Shown: positions 10,114 to 20,283 of the stretch, in pieces
Layout of the letters: each line of letters begins with the position of its first letter
Position numbering within the stretch: the stretch's first letter is position 1
Source of the DNA: Candidatus Latescibacterota bacterium
GTDB lineage: Bacteria; Latescibacterota; UBA2968; UBA8231
DNA length: 64,000 nt
NCBI GenBank assembly: GCA_965217585.1
Contig: OZ244561.1
Location: 5,184,001 to 5,248,000 of the forward strand
Direction: 5' to 3'
Position numbers and translations under genes: made by a program
Notes under the pieces: generated by a model
Told to the model about the DNA's origin: nothing
The model's database searches: none
Seen by the model: the letters and a program-made list of their open reading frames with translations, nothing else

Positions 10114-13100
10114 GGCAGCAAGTCCCGCATGCGCTGGGGATCGAGGCGGCAGCTTTGTTGATACGGGCAGTGCGGGCAGATTTTGGCTGGGTCGTGGGTG
10201 GTGACGCGAAATACTCCGCGGCGCATGGCTCGCGCATAAGAGAGGACGAAGCCGCGCACGGCGTCGAGGCGCTGGCGGTACGCCTCGGGGTCGTAGATGC
10301 CGTGGCGGCCACTGGCGACATAGGCCGTATTGCGATGCGCGGCGTTAGCGAACAGCCCGCCGCGGCCACAGTCTTCTAAGTCGCGAAGCATCAGGTACGC
10401 CGCCCCGGCACCTTCGCGCAGCCCGATCTCCCCGAACAGGGATTCAGCCGCTAGCAAATAGAGCGGAAGCTGGAGGTTGAGGCCGGTGTCAATATCGGCT
10501 ACGGAGGGCATGCGGCCGGTCTTGTAGTCGAAGACGACGAAGCGGCCGTCGGCCGTGCGGTCGATGCGGTCGATCTTGCCGGAGAGCCGCACCTCGTCCC
10601 CGGTCTCTGGGTCGCCGATGGCGTAGGGAGTGGTGGTCCATTGACGGTCGCGCTCCCCCATGCCGGGGTAGCTGCCAAAGCTCAGCTCGAAATGGGTCGG
10701 CACAGCCGGGTCGGTCGCGGCCGCTTGCAGGCGGAGGAAGCGAGGCAAAACGCCCTCGCGTTCCCCGTCGTCCGATCCAAGCAGGCGCTCTAATTCCCGC
10801 TCCCAGAAAAAGCCCGTAAGCCTCATTTCCGCGGCGATTTTGCGGCCGAGGTTCCGCAGTTCCGCGATGTTTGTAGCCAAGTTTTCCGCGCGTTCGGCCG
10901 CTTCGCCGTGGGCCGCATAGAAGTGGTAGAGGATGCGGTGGACGAGGTTGCCGCGCTCGAGCGCCGAGTCGTCGGCTTCCGGGTCGCGGAGGGGCTGGAG
11001 GTTGAGTAGTTGCTCACCAAAAAACCGGAAGGGACAGCGGCCGTAAAGCTCCAATTGGGTCGCGGAGAAAGAATGGCTAGGGCCGAGACGGGTGCGCAGT
11101 GCGGCGAGCAGCGGTGCCTCGTCGAGTACGCCTTCATAGTTGCCGAAACCCTCGGGACTCGCGCGCCGTGTGGTGAGGTGCAAGCCGCGCACGAGGTGGC
11201 GCAGCACGGTGGCGTGGTCGTCGAGCCGTGTGGCCCGGCTGTAGAGTGCGAGGGCGTCGCGCGCTAAATCGGAGTCGCGCGCCTCGCACAGGCCATGGCC
11301 CAATGCGAGGTGCAACTCGGCAAGGGTGCCCGGCGTGGCATTGACCTCGCACGGAGAAGGCTGCGGAGCGAGCAAGCCGTCTAGCTCGGCGACAAAGGGC
11401 GAGGGGGCGAGCATTTCGCTGCCCGACTGTTGGGGGTAGAAAACGCCGAGACCGCGACGCGGCGCGCACACGGCGCGGTAGAACAGCAAGCGCTCGGCCG
11501 CGGTGGTGGCGTCCTCGTCCAAGTTCAGAGCGCGGCGCTGGGTTTCTTCGAGGAAGATATCGGGCGGCGGCAAGCGGGGAAATTCGCCTTGCACCAGCCC
11601 GCCGAGCAAGAGGTAATCGCAGGGTGCGCTGCCCGCGGCGGCGAGGTCGGTCACTTGAATACCAGCGCGCGTTGCAGAGGGGACATGCGCTTGGGAGATG
11701 GCGTCGCGCAATAGGTCGGCGAACTGGCTCAAGGTGCGAGGCTGTAGGGCTACGGCGGGCGCGCACAGTTCGTCGAGCAACTCCAAAAAGCGCGCCAGTG
11801 CTTGGCCGTCTTCTGCGCCCCCATCCGCGAGAGCGTCTTCTACGCCTAACGCGCCGAGGGCGTGGAGCAGATGGTGGCGGAAGGAGGGTAGGTCCTGTCG
11901 GCTCTCCAGGGGCTGGAGCAGGTCAAAGAGCGCGGTTAGGCTGGATCGCAGGGGCTGGAGGGCCTCCAATTCGTCGCGCAAGGACTCGCGCCAAGTGGGG
12001 GGATCGTCGATTTCTTCGGAGACCGGCTCGCCTTCTATGCCTAGCTCGCGCTCTAAATAGGCGAAATTGTCGTCGATGGCTGCGAGCCATGCGGCACGCC
12101 CGGTTGACGGCGGAACGTTGCAGGTCCACGCAGCGAAGTCCGCAGCGGAAAGCGCGTTGGTCTGGCCTTCGAATGGGTAGCGTAGCCGCACCAAGGGCAA
12201 GCTGAGCAGGCGGAAGAGCGCAGCGCGGCTGTAGCGTTCTAGCACCGCGTCTAGGAGCGCGAAGACGGTGCTCATTGCGGGTGCAGTGGCAAGGGGCCGC
12301 CCGCGCGCGAGGTAAAAAGGCAGGCCGTGGCGCGGCAGCACTTCTGCCACGAGTGCGGCATAGGTGTCGAGGTTGCGGAAGCTAATGCGGATCTGTGCTA
12401 GAGCTACCCCTTGCTCTTGGTGTAACTGGCGGATGCGACGGGCCATCGCCGCGACTTCGCCGACCCGGTCCGGGCAGGGGACCCGCTCTACGGGCGCGTC
12501 GAGACTATCGCGACCGTGGGTGAAGAGGCGGCCGGCAAACGGGGCGGCTGGGTGTTGCTCGGCGGCGCTGTATTCGACGCGGACGGCGCGGGTGTGGAGG
12601 AATTCGTACAGGGGGCGCGTGCGGGCAAAAAAACCGGGACCCTCTGGGTCGTAATCGAGCAGCGCGATGGATTCTGGAACGAGGGCTAGCAGCTTCTCTA
12701 GCACGGGCAGAAAAGGTGCGGGCGCGTCCACAAAGCCACAAAACACGAGCAAGCCGAGGCCGGGGAAGCGCTGTGCTAGAACCGAGTGGTCGAGATGGGT
12801 ATCCACGGCGGCAAAGCGTTCGCGGCTCCCGCTCCAGCCGGCCGCGAGGCGCTCCAGATAGGCCGCATAAAGGGCCTGCAATTCCGCGCTGCGCTGAGTT
12901 GTTCCCCCTAGGTCGCTCGGCTGGGTACCCGTTTCCTCCAGCCGGCGGAACAACTGAGTCAGCCCCCGGACCAGCCGCTCGGGTCGGCGACTGTAATAGG
13001 GCGCGCTGTTCGCGCTGGCGGCGAGGGCGTCTTCGACTAAGAGCCGATGCGCACTAAGGGGCAGGGCCGGTCGCTGGCCGGGACAGAGGCTGTAGAGGAT

Positions 13101-13322
13101 GTCGATGAAACTGTTTAGATCGAGGGCCAAGTGCCCGGTGAGTAGGCGGGTGCGACTGGCGCGGGTGAGCTGCCGCCGCATGAGCTGGGCTTGGAAGTGC
13201 GATGGCAAGAGCCAGAGCAAGGACTCGCCGTCGCCCGCGTTGAGGTGTGCCAAGCAGCGCTCGTACGCGGGCGATGCCTTGTCGGGATGAGCTGGGCCGT
13301 AGATGAGGGTCAGTTCGCCCAT
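10110..13322 (-). CDS. addB: AddB-like subunit with PD-(D/E)xK nuclease and Fe-S cysteines
   Basis: CPFRF...GKIDRID...FDYKT...QLPLY...CPHCPYQQSC; coupled to addA. Confidence 0.9.
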   Translation of the reverse strand: MGELTLIYGPAHPDKASPAYERCLAHLNAGDGESLLWLLPSHFQAQLMRRQLTRASRTRLLTGHLALDLNSFIDILYSLCPGQRPALPLSAHRLLVEDALAASANSAPYYSRRPERLVRGLTQLFRRLEETGTQPSDLGGTTQRSAELQALYAAYLERLAAGWSGSRERFAAVDTHLDHSVLAQRFPGLGLLVFCGFVDAPAPFLPVLEKLLALVPESIALLDYDPEGPGFFARTRPLYEFLHTRAVRVEYSAAEQHPAAPFAGRLFTHGRDSLDAPVERVPCPDRVGEVAAMARRIRQLHQEQGVALAQIRISFRNLDTYAALVAEVLPRHGLPFYLARGRPLATAPAMSTVFALLDAVLERYSRAALFRLLSLPLVRLRYPFEGQTNALSAADFAAWTCNVPPSTGRAAWLAAIDDNFAYLERELGIEGEPVSEEIDDPPTWRESLRDELEALQPLRSSLTALFDLLQPLESRQDLPSFRHHLLHALGALGVEDALADGGAEDGQALARFLELLDELCAPAVALQPRTLSQFADLLRDAISQAHVPSATRAGIQVTDLAAAGSAPCDYLLLGGLVQGEFPRLPPPDIFLEETQRRALNLDEDATTAAERLLFYRAVCAPRRGLGVFYPQQSGSEMLAPSPFVAELDGLLAPQPSPCEVNATPGTLAELHLALGHGLCEARDSDLARDALALYSRATRLDDHATVLRHLVRGLHLTTRRASPEGFGNYEGVLDEAPLLAALRTRLGPSHSFSATQLELYGRCPFRFFGEQLLNLQPLRDPEADDSALERGNLVHRILYHFYAAHGEAAERAENLATNIAELRNLGRKIAAEMRLTGFFWERELERLLGSDDGEREGVLPRFLRLQAAATDPAVPTHFELSFGSYPGMGERDRQWTTTPYAIGDPETGDEVRLSGKIDRIDRTADGRFVVFDYKTGRMPSVADIDTGLNLQLPLYLLAAESLFGEIGLREGAGAAYLMLRDLEDCGRGGLFANAAHRNTAYVASGRHGIYDPEAYRQRLDAVRGFVLSYARAMRRGVFRVTTHDPAKICPHCPYQQSCRLDPQRMRDLLP

Positions 13323-13481
13323 TAGTAGCAGGTTGGGAGTGGTGTGGAAGGGTGCGCTGCCAACGTATCGCCGGGGAAAAACACTGTCAAGACGCTCGCG
13401 CTGCCGCGCGTTGACATAGAACCGGGCAGGTCGCTTTTTATGCCACCCAGCATTTCCACGCCTTTCTCTTTGGAACTCGCG

Positions 13482-14489
13482 ATGAAAAAATGGACTGTTG
13501 CATTCCTTTTGTGGTGTAGTTGTGCCCCCCTGACCTCTCCTGCGGGAAGCCCGGAGGAATGGCAGGCGACCGAGCCACCTGCCGAGCCGCCGAGCGCGCT
13601 AGCGCAGTACTTAGAGGTGCGCCAGCACTATGGCTCCGGCCCCCGGCCCGACTTCGTGGCGGTGGTGCCGTTTGTCGATGAATCGGGGTTTCGCGAGGGC
13701 GTGTGGAACGTCGAATACGAGTTGGCCAACATGGTCAGCGCGGAGTTGGTGGCCCTTCGCAACTGGAAGGTTGTCCCTTTTGACGCCGTTGCCGAGTTGG
13801 CTCTGGAGTGGGGGTTTGCCGACCACGAGAAGGCCCTCGCGATCGGCCGCAAGCTGGAGGCTGATTTCGTAATCGTGGGCCTTTTACAGGACTACGACAT
13901 GCGCCGCCTGTCGGTGGGGGATCCCTTGTTGGGCGGCTACAAATCCTATTCGGCCGTGGCGCAGATGCGGGTCGAGATCGCGCGGGTTGACGGCGGCACA
14001 ATCGGTCATGCAGAGACGCTCCGCGAGCTCAACGACCGCGACGTAGGGCTTGACCTGTTGGGCAAGCCGCGCGAGCAGGACTTGCAATTTGCCGGATTGA
14101 AGGAGCTAGAGTTTGGCTCGGAGGCGTTCAGCCAGACCCTGTTGGGCCAAGCGACGGTAGAGGCCGTAGGCGAGTTGGTGCACAAGGCGGCGGCTCTTTT
14201 CGAGCCGGAGGGCTTGGTGTTTGAGGGCGATGCGCCCGAGGTGATCGCCGTGTACAGCGAGGACATTTATGCCAATATCGGCAGTGCGCACGGCGTGCGC
14301 CCGCGGTTGCGCTTTTTCGTCTATCCTAGCAACGAGCGGATAGAGGCCGAGGGGCTGGCACCCGAAGAGTCGGTTGCCCTCGTCGAAGTCATCGAAATCA
14401 TCAGCACCCGGCTCGCCAGCTTGCGGATACTCCGCGCAACCGGGGAGATCAAGGCGGGCGACCGGCTCGAGTTAGCAGAAGGAGAATAG
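13482..14489 (+). CDS. Putative lipoprotein (CsgG/FlgT-like architecture)
   Basis: MKKWTVAFLLWCSC signal/lipobox; VAVVPF...IGRKLEADFVIVG; C-terminal YANIGSAHGV...GD. Confidence 0.6.
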   Translation: MKKWTVAFLLWCSCAPLTSPAGSPEEWQATEPPAEPPSALAQYLEVRQHYGSGPRPDFVAVVPFVDESGFREGVWNVEYELANMVSAELVALRNWKVVPFDAVAELALEWGFADHEKALAIGRKLEADFVIVGLLQDYDMRRLSVGDPLLGGYKSYSAVAQMRVEIARVDGGTIGHAETLRELNDRDVGLDLLGKPREQDLQFAGLKELEFGSEAFSQTLLGQATVEAVGELVHKAAALFEPEGLVFEGDAPEVIAVYSEDIYANIGSAHGVRPRLRFFVYPSNERIEAEGLAPEESVALVEVIEIISTRLASLRILRATGEIKAGDRLELAEGE

Positions 14490-14491
14490 CG

Positions 14492-15526
14492 ATGCAGGGA
14501 GTGGTCAAATACCAGCGGGGCGACGGATTTGTCGAGCTGCGCGACTTAGCGGACGCGCCGCCCGGCCCCAAGCAGGTGAAGGTCGAGGTGCAGGCCACTG
14601 GGGTTTGCGGATCGGATCTACACGTGTACCGCGATACCATCAACTACAATATCCAGACTCCGGTCGTCATGGGACACGAGTTCAGCGGCGTGGTGGTGGA
14701 AAAGGGCGCGGAAGTCGGCGACCAGGTACAGGTGGGCGACCGCGTGACTGGCGAGCCGAGCGTGTACATCTGCGGCGACTGCGACTACTGCTTGAGCGAG
14801 CACTACAACCTCTGCCCCGAGCGCAAGGTTATGGGCTACTGGCACCACGGCTGCTTCGCGCCCTTCTGCAATGCGACCTTCGTCCACAAGCTGCCCGCTG
14901 GCGTGGGGTTTGAAGCTGGTGCCCTGACCGAACTGTTGGCCTGCTGTGTGCATTCGGTCATTGAGCAGGCTGGCGTGACCGCCGGGGACTTCGTCGCCAT
15001 CACCGGGCCTGGGCCGGTGGGGCTATTCTCGGCGCTGGTGGCGTTGGCCGAGGGGGGGACGGTGATTCTCTGCGGCACTGAGCGGGATACCGAGCGGCTG
15101 CAACTGGCCGCGGACCTGGGGGTACAACACACCATTGATATTACGGCCTATGACCCCGTGGCGCGGGTGCGCGAGTTGACCGGCGGCTATGGTGCCGACG
15201 TGGTGGTCGAATGCGCGGGGGTGGCATCGGCTATGCGGTTGGCCTTGGAACTTGTGCGCAAGCGGGGGCGCTACTCCCAGATGGGCCTGCCGGGTGCGCC
15301 GGTGGAGATTGACTTCGAGAAGATCGCCTACAACGAGCTGCAGGTCTCCGGCGGCATTGGTCAGCGACGACCGGCTTGGAAGCGGGCGCTGCGGCTGATC
15401 GAGAGGGGCTTTATTCCCAGCGAAAAGCTGATCACCCACCATTTTGCCCTGAGCGAATGGCAGCGGGCCTTTGACATGGCCGAGGGGCAGGAGGGGATTA
15501 AGCTGATGTTTATGCCGCAGGGGTGA
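14492..15526 (+). CDS. Zn-dependent medium-chain (polyol/threonine-type) dehydrogenase
   Basis: GVCGSDLH, GHEFSG, CGDCDYC...C, GPGPVG. Confidence 0.92.
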   Translation: MQGVVKYQRGDGFVELRDLADAPPGPKQVKVEVQATGVCGSDLHVYRDTINYNIQTPVVMGHEFSGVVVEKGAEVGDQVQVGDRVTGEPSVYICGDCDYCLSEHYNLCPERKVMGYWHHGCFAPFCNATFVHKLPAGVGFEAGALTELLACCVHSVIEQAGVTAGDFVAITGPGPVGLFSALVALAEGGTVILCGTERDTERLQLAADLGVQHTIDITAYDPVARVRELTGGYGADVVVECAGVASAMRLALELVRKRGRYSQMGLPGAPVEIDFEKIAYNELQVSGGIGQRRPAWKRALRLIERGFIPSEKLITHHFALSEWQRAFDMAEGQEGIKLMFMPQG

Positions 15527-15583
15527 GCGGGAAGGGCCGCTGGAGCTGGAGTATTCTTACTACCTACACTATTCGATATCGTT

Positions 15584-18500
15584 TTGACTGAATTCTTCGA
15601 ACAGCCTGTCCTCAACTCACCTTACGAGCGCCCGAGCCGGCATTGGGAACTAGACGAGACCGGGCAGCCGACCCAGCAGATCGTCGAACACCGCCGACAG
15701 GCCGAGTTCGTCACGCCGATCCCGCAGCCGAAGAAGCGCAAGGGATCCGCGCAACAAGCCGCGCTGGTGTTCGACGAGGCGGCGCAGAAGCTCGAAGCCG
15801 CCGGCCAGCAATACGACCTGACGGCCATCATCAACGGGGTTCGTCAGCAGGTTGACCGCTGGCGCGACCTACCGAACCCGAGCCAATGGCAGGTGACCCC
15901 GGAGACGGCGCGCCTGCTCCAGCACTGGCGGCACCATCGCTTCAGTGGCATTCGGCCCTTCTTCTGCCAAGTTGAAGCGGTAGAGACCGCTATATGGCTC
16001 AGCGAAGTTGCGCCGCGCACGGGCCGAGCCGGCAAGAGCTTCCTCGATCATCTGACGAACGCCAACAACGACGCCAATCCAGAACTGCCACTGCCAAGGT
16101 TGGCGCTCAAGTTGGCGACTGGCACCGGCAAGACCACGGTCATGGCGATGTTGATCGCTTGGCAGACCGTCAATGCGGTGCGTCGGCCCCAGAGTCGCCG
16201 CTTCACGCGCGGTTTCTTGGTGGTCACGCCTGGCATCACCATCAAGGACCGCCTGCGCGTGCTGCAACCGAACGACCCGGACAGTTACTACCAGAGCCGC
16301 GAGTTGGTTCCGAACGACATGCTGCCCGACTTGGAAAAGGCCAAGATCGTCATCACCAACTACCACGCCTTCAAGCTGCGCGAACGCATGGAGCTTTCTA
16401 AAGGCGGGCGTTCGTTGCTTCAGGGACGGGGCGAGACGCTGACGACCCTGGAGACCGAGGGGCAAATGCTGCAACGGGTGATGCCCGAACTCATGGGCCT
16501 AAAGAAAGTCTTGATCCTCAACGACGAGGCGCACCACTGCTACCGCGAGAAGCCGGGCGAAGAGGAGGAAGGCGAGCTCAAGGGAGATGACAGAAGGGAA
16601 GCTGAAAAGAACACGGAGGCGGCGCGGCTGTGGATTTCGGGGTTGGAAACTGTTGGCAGCAAGCTCGGCATCAATCGGGTGATGGACCTCTCGGCAACGC
16701 CCTTCTTTTTGCGCGGGTCGGGGTACGCCGAAGGCACGTTGTTCCCCTGGACGATGTGCGACTTCTCGCTCATGGACGCCATTGAATGCGGCATCGTCAA
16801 ACTGCCTCGCGTGCCGGTGGCCGACAACATTCCCGGCGGCGAAATGCCCAAGTTCCGCAATCTCTGGGAACACATCCGCACGGACATGCCGAAGAAGGGG
16901 CGGGGCAAGGCCAAGACTCTCGATCCCCTCAGTTTGCCGGTGGAGTTGCAGACTGCGCTGGAAGCTCTGTACGGGCATTACCAGAAAACTTTTGAGTTGA
17001 TGGAGAAGGCGGGGATTGGCGTGCCGCCGTGCTTCATTGTGGTCTGCAACAATACCTCGACTTCCAAGCTGGTGTACGACTACATCTCCGGCTTCTACCG
17101 CGAGAACGACGATGGCTCGACGACGTTGGTAAACGGTCGCCTAGCGCTGTTCCGCAATTTTGACGAACAGGGCGGCCGGTACTCACGGCCTCGCACGCTA
17201 TTGATCGACAGCGAACAATTGGAGTCCGGCGACGCGCTGGATAGCAATTTCCGCAACATGGCCGCCGACGAGATCGACCGCTTCCGCCGAGAGATCATTG
17301 AGCGCACCGGCGACCGCCGTCAGGCCGAGAACATCAGCGACCAAGAGCTGCTCCGCGAGGTTATGAATACTGTCGGTAAGCCGGGGCGGCTGGGGGATTC
17401 GATTCGCTGCGTGGTGTCGGTGTCGATGCTCACGGAAGGGTGGGATGCGAATACTGTCAGCCATGTGCTGGGCGTGCGCGCCTTTGGGACGCAGTTGCTT
17501 TGCGAGCAGGTCATTGGCCGGGCGCTGCGGCGGCAATCCTACGATCTCAACGAAGACGGCTTATTCGATGTCGAGTACGCGGATGTCTTGGGCATCCCAT
17601 TTGATTTTACGGCCAAGCCCGTCATAGCCCCGCAGAAGCAGCCGCGAGAGACCGTTCAGGTGCGGGCTGTGCGGCCCGAACGGGATGCGCTGGAGATTTG
17701 TTTTCCTCGGGTGGCTGGGTATCGGGTGGAATTGCCGGAAGAGCGGCTCGAGGCCGAGTTTAACAAGGACTCAGTGCTGGAACTGACGCCCGATCTGGTT
17801 GGTCCGTCGATTACGAGGAACCAGGGGATTATCGGCGAGGGCGTCGATCTCAGTCTGGTGCACACTAACGACCTGCGGACTTCGACGCTTCTGTTTCACC
17901 TGACTCAGCGGCTGCTCTACACCAAGTTCCGCGATCCTGGCGAAGAGCCTAAGCTCTATCTATTCGGACAGCTCAAGCGCATCGCCAGACAGTGGCTCGA
18001 TGGCTACCTCGACTGTAAGGGCGGCATGTATCCCGCCCAACTTATGTACCAAGAACTGGCCGACACGGCCTGCGAGCGCATCTTTGCCGCCATCACGCGT
18101 GAAGGAATCGACAGTCGCCCGGTCAAAGCGGTGCTCGATCCGTACAATCCCGTCGGTTCGACAGCCCACGTGAATTTCAACACGACCAAGGCTAGCCGCT
18201 GGCAGGCCGACTCCCGCCGTTGCCACATCAATTGGCTCGTCCTCGACAGCGACTGGGAAGGGGAGTTTTGCCGCGTCGCTGAATCCCATCCGCGCGTCAA
18301 AGCCTACGTCAAGAACCACAATCTCGGCTTGGAGGTACCCTATCGTCGCGGATCGGAAATGCGGACATACCTGCCGGACTTTATCGTCCGCATTGATGAT
18401 GGCCGTGGCGACGATGATCTGCTGAATCTGATCGTCGAGATCAAGGGTTATCGGGGGGAAGACGCCAAGGACAAGAAGACGACCATGGATACCTATTGGG

Positions 18501-18619
18501 TACCTGGTGTGAATCATCACGGGGACTACGGGCGCTGGGCTTTTGCCGAGTTCACCGATGTGTCTGGGATGGAAGCCGCATTTGATCGGTTGGTTGAGGG
18601 GTTGCGGGCAAAAGGGTAG
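15584..18619 (+). CDS. res: Type III restriction endonuclease Res subunit (BPTD_3080-like)
   Basis: KLATGTGKT, NDEAHHCY, SVSMLTEGWD; C-terminal YLPDF...VEIKG nuclease. Confidence 0.93.
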   Translation: MTEFFEQPVLNSPYERPSRHWELDETGQPTQQIVEHRRQAEFVTPIPQPKKRKGSAQQAALVFDEAAQKLEAAGQQYDLTAIINGVRQQVDRWRDLPNPSQWQVTPETARLLQHWRHHRFSGIRPFFCQVEAVETAIWLSEVAPRTGRAGKSFLDHLTNANNDANPELPLPRLALKLATGTGKTTVMAMLIAWQTVNAVRRPQSRRFTRGFLVVTPGITIKDRLRVLQPNDPDSYYQSRELVPNDMLPDLEKAKIVITNYHAFKLRERMELSKGGRSLLQGRGETLTTLETEGQMLQRVMPELMGLKKVLILNDEAHHCYREKPGEEEEGELKGDDRREAEKNTEAARLWISGLETVGSKLGINRVMDLSATPFFLRGSGYAEGTLFPWTMCDFSLMDAIECGIVKLPRVPVADNIPGGEMPKFRNLWEHIRTDMPKKGRGKAKTLDPLSLPVELQTALEALYGHYQKTFELMEKAGIGVPPCFIVVCNNTSTSKLVYDYISGFYRENDDGSTTLVNGRLALFRNFDEQGGRYSRPRTLLIDSEQLESGDALDSNFRNMAADEIDRFRREIIERTGDRRQAENISDQELLREVMNTVGKPGRLGDSIRCVVSVSMLTEGWDANTVSHVLGVRAFGTQLLCEQVIGRALRRQSYDLNEDGLFDVEYADVLGIPFDFTAKPVIAPQKQPRETVQVRAVRPERDALEICFPRVAGYRVELPEERLEAEFNKDSVLELTPDLVGPSITRNQGIIGEGVDLSLVHTNDLRTSTLLFHLTQRLLYTKFRDPGEEPKLYLFGQLKRIARQWLDGYLDCKGGMYPAQLMYQELADTACERIFAAITREGIDSRPVKAVLDPYNPVGSTAHVNFNTTKASRWQADSRRCHINWLVLDSDWEGEFCRVAESHPRVKAYVKNHNLGLEVPYRRGSEMRTYLPDFIVRIDDGRGDDDLLNLIVEIKGYRGEDAKDKKTTMDTYWVPGVNHHGDYGRWAFAEFTDVSGMEAAFDRLVEGLRAKG

Positions 18620-18705
18620 GGATCGGACATTGTATTGATATTGATAATGTATATACATCACTGTAGCTTCGACGAATCCATATTAAGCCAGAGGTTACGT
18701 GAACC

Positions 18706-19902
18706 ATGACCAGCCGACGTTTGCAGATAACATTGCAACCTGAAGTGCTGCGGTGGGCGAGAGAGCGGGCAGGCTTTGATCGCCCGGAACTGGCGCGCAA
18801 GCTGAAAGTGAGCCCGGAGCGCGTGTTGGAGTGGGAACGCAATGGCAAGATCAGTGTTGCACAGGCCGACAGACTTGCCCAACGCACTCATACCGCTCTG
18901 GGATTTCTGTACTTGACAGAGCCGCCCGAAGAGCGCTTGCCAATACCCGACTTTCGCACCCGAGATAATGCTCCGCCTCCGAGTTCCGATCTACTCGAAA
19001 CCATTTACCTTATGCAGCGGCGCCAAGCATGGATGCGCGATGAGCTTATCGAAGGCGGTGCTGAACCACTGGATTTCATTGGAGCCTACGGCACGGATGC
19101 CCATCCTCGGCAAGTTGGGGCTACCATGCGCGATGCGCTGCAGCTTACCGAAAATTGGGCAGAAGAGTTAGGTACTTGGAGCGATGCGCTACGGCATCTG
19201 CGACACTTGGTTGATACTGCCGGAGTGCTGGTGTCGTTCAGTGGCGTCGTGGGCAATAACGCGTATCGAAAGCTGGATCCCGATGAATTTCAGGGCTTCG
19301 TCCTCGTGGATGAGTATGCCCCGCTTGTCTTTGTGAACAGCGCCGATTTCATGGCGGCGCAGATGTTTACCCTAGCTCACGAACTAGCTCACCTCTTCAT
19401 AGCCCAGAGCGGTGTCTCCAATTTAGAAGCCCTACAACCGCCATCGGATGAAACCGAGCAGTTCTGCAACAAGGCCGCTGCTGAATTCCTGATACCGGAG
19501 GAAGAGCTACTCGCTTTCTGGCCTAGTGCCCGACGAACGAATGATCCTTATCAGGCTATTGCCCACAGGTTCAAGGTGAGTTCTATCGTGGCCGCGCGCC
19601 GGGCACTCGATCTCGATTTGATCGACAGGGATGAGTTTTTCCGCTTCTACAACCGAGGGGTCGATGGATGGCGCAGCGATCAGCAGCGTCAGGGAAGTGG
19701 AGGCCACTTCTGGAACACTCAGAAGTGGCGCATTGGTCCTCGCTTTGCCTCTGCAATAGTTCGTGCGGTCGGAGAGGGTCGTTTGCCCTATCGCGAGGCG
19801 TACAATCTCACCGGTCTTAAGGGAGAAGCCTTTGAGAAGCTTGAGGTACGTTTTGAGTGGACCCCGCTCGCCGCGCTTGGACAGAATCAAGAGGAGGAAT
19901 AA
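18706..19902 (+). CDS. HTH + ImmA/IrrE-family metallopeptidase
   Basis: N-terminal XRE HTH (VLRWARERAG), LPIPDFR, FTLAHELAH (HExxH), EQFCNKAAAEFL. Confidence 0.9.
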   Translation: MTSRRLQITLQPEVLRWARERAGFDRPELARKLKVSPERVLEWERNGKISVAQADRLAQRTHTALGFLYLTEPPEERLPIPDFRTRDNAPPPSSDLLETIYLMQRRQAWMRDELIEGGAEPLDFIGAYGTDAHPRQVGATMRDALQLTENWAEELGTWSDALRHLRHLVDTAGVLVSFSGVVGNNAYRKLDPDEFQGFVLVDEYAPLVFVNSADFMAAQMFTLAHELAHLFIAQSGVSNLEALQPPSDETEQFCNKAAAEFLIPEEELLAFWPSARRTNDPYQAIAHRFKVSSIVAARRALDLDLIDRDEFFRFYNRGVDGWRSDQQRQGSGGHFWNTQKWRIGPRFASAIVRAVGEGRLPYREAYNLTGLKGEAFEKLEVRFEWTPLAALGQNQEEE

Positions 19903-19906
19903 GCTC

Positions 19907-20107
19907 ATGCAACCAGACCCAATCGTCGAAGAGGTCCGTAAGATACGCGATGAGTATGCTAAGAGATTCAATTATGATCTAGATGCGATTTGCCGAGATT
20001 TACAAGAAAAGCAGAGGCTGGGCAAAAGGAGAGTGATTTCTTTGCCGCCCAAACGCCCGAGAAAAATGAATGGCAGCCAATTGACCGATGAGGAAAGGAA
20101 ACGATGA
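19907..20107 (+). CDS. Small 'DPIVxEVR' protein, putative antitoxin of PIN-associated type
   Basis: GAGGAGG RBS; MQPDPIVEEVRKIRDEYAKRFNYDLDAICRDL; homologue at 28609. Confidence 0.65.
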   Translation: MQPDPIVEEVRKIRDEYAKRFNYDLDAICRDLQEKQRLGKRRVISLPPKRPRKMNGSQLTDEERKR

Positions 20108-20283
20108 AACTGAAAGTTGTGGTCCATCAAGCGGAAGAAGGCGGGTATTGGGCGAAAGTCCCTTCTATCCCCGGATGCGCGACGCAAGGGGAATCCTTTG
20201 AAGAGTTGCTGACCAATCTCTACGAGGCCGTCGAAGGTTGTCTGTCCATCGAAGTTTGTGACCTAAATCATTATATAACTTGA
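20104..20283 (+). CDS. HicB-family antitoxin (59 aa, not in ORF track); stop codon lies inside the IS left end
   Basis: MKLKVVVHQAEEGGYWAKVPSIPGCATQGESFEELLTNLYEAVEGCL; ATGA overlap with the previous ORF. Confidence 0.85.
   Translation: MKLKVVVHQAEEGGYWAKVPSIPGCATQGESFEELLTNLYEAVEGCLSIEVCDLNHYIT

Noticed and set aside
6508-13322. Helicase plus Cas4-like nuclease pair as a novel defence system
   Set aside because: Architecture, order and core-like composition fit housekeeping AddAB
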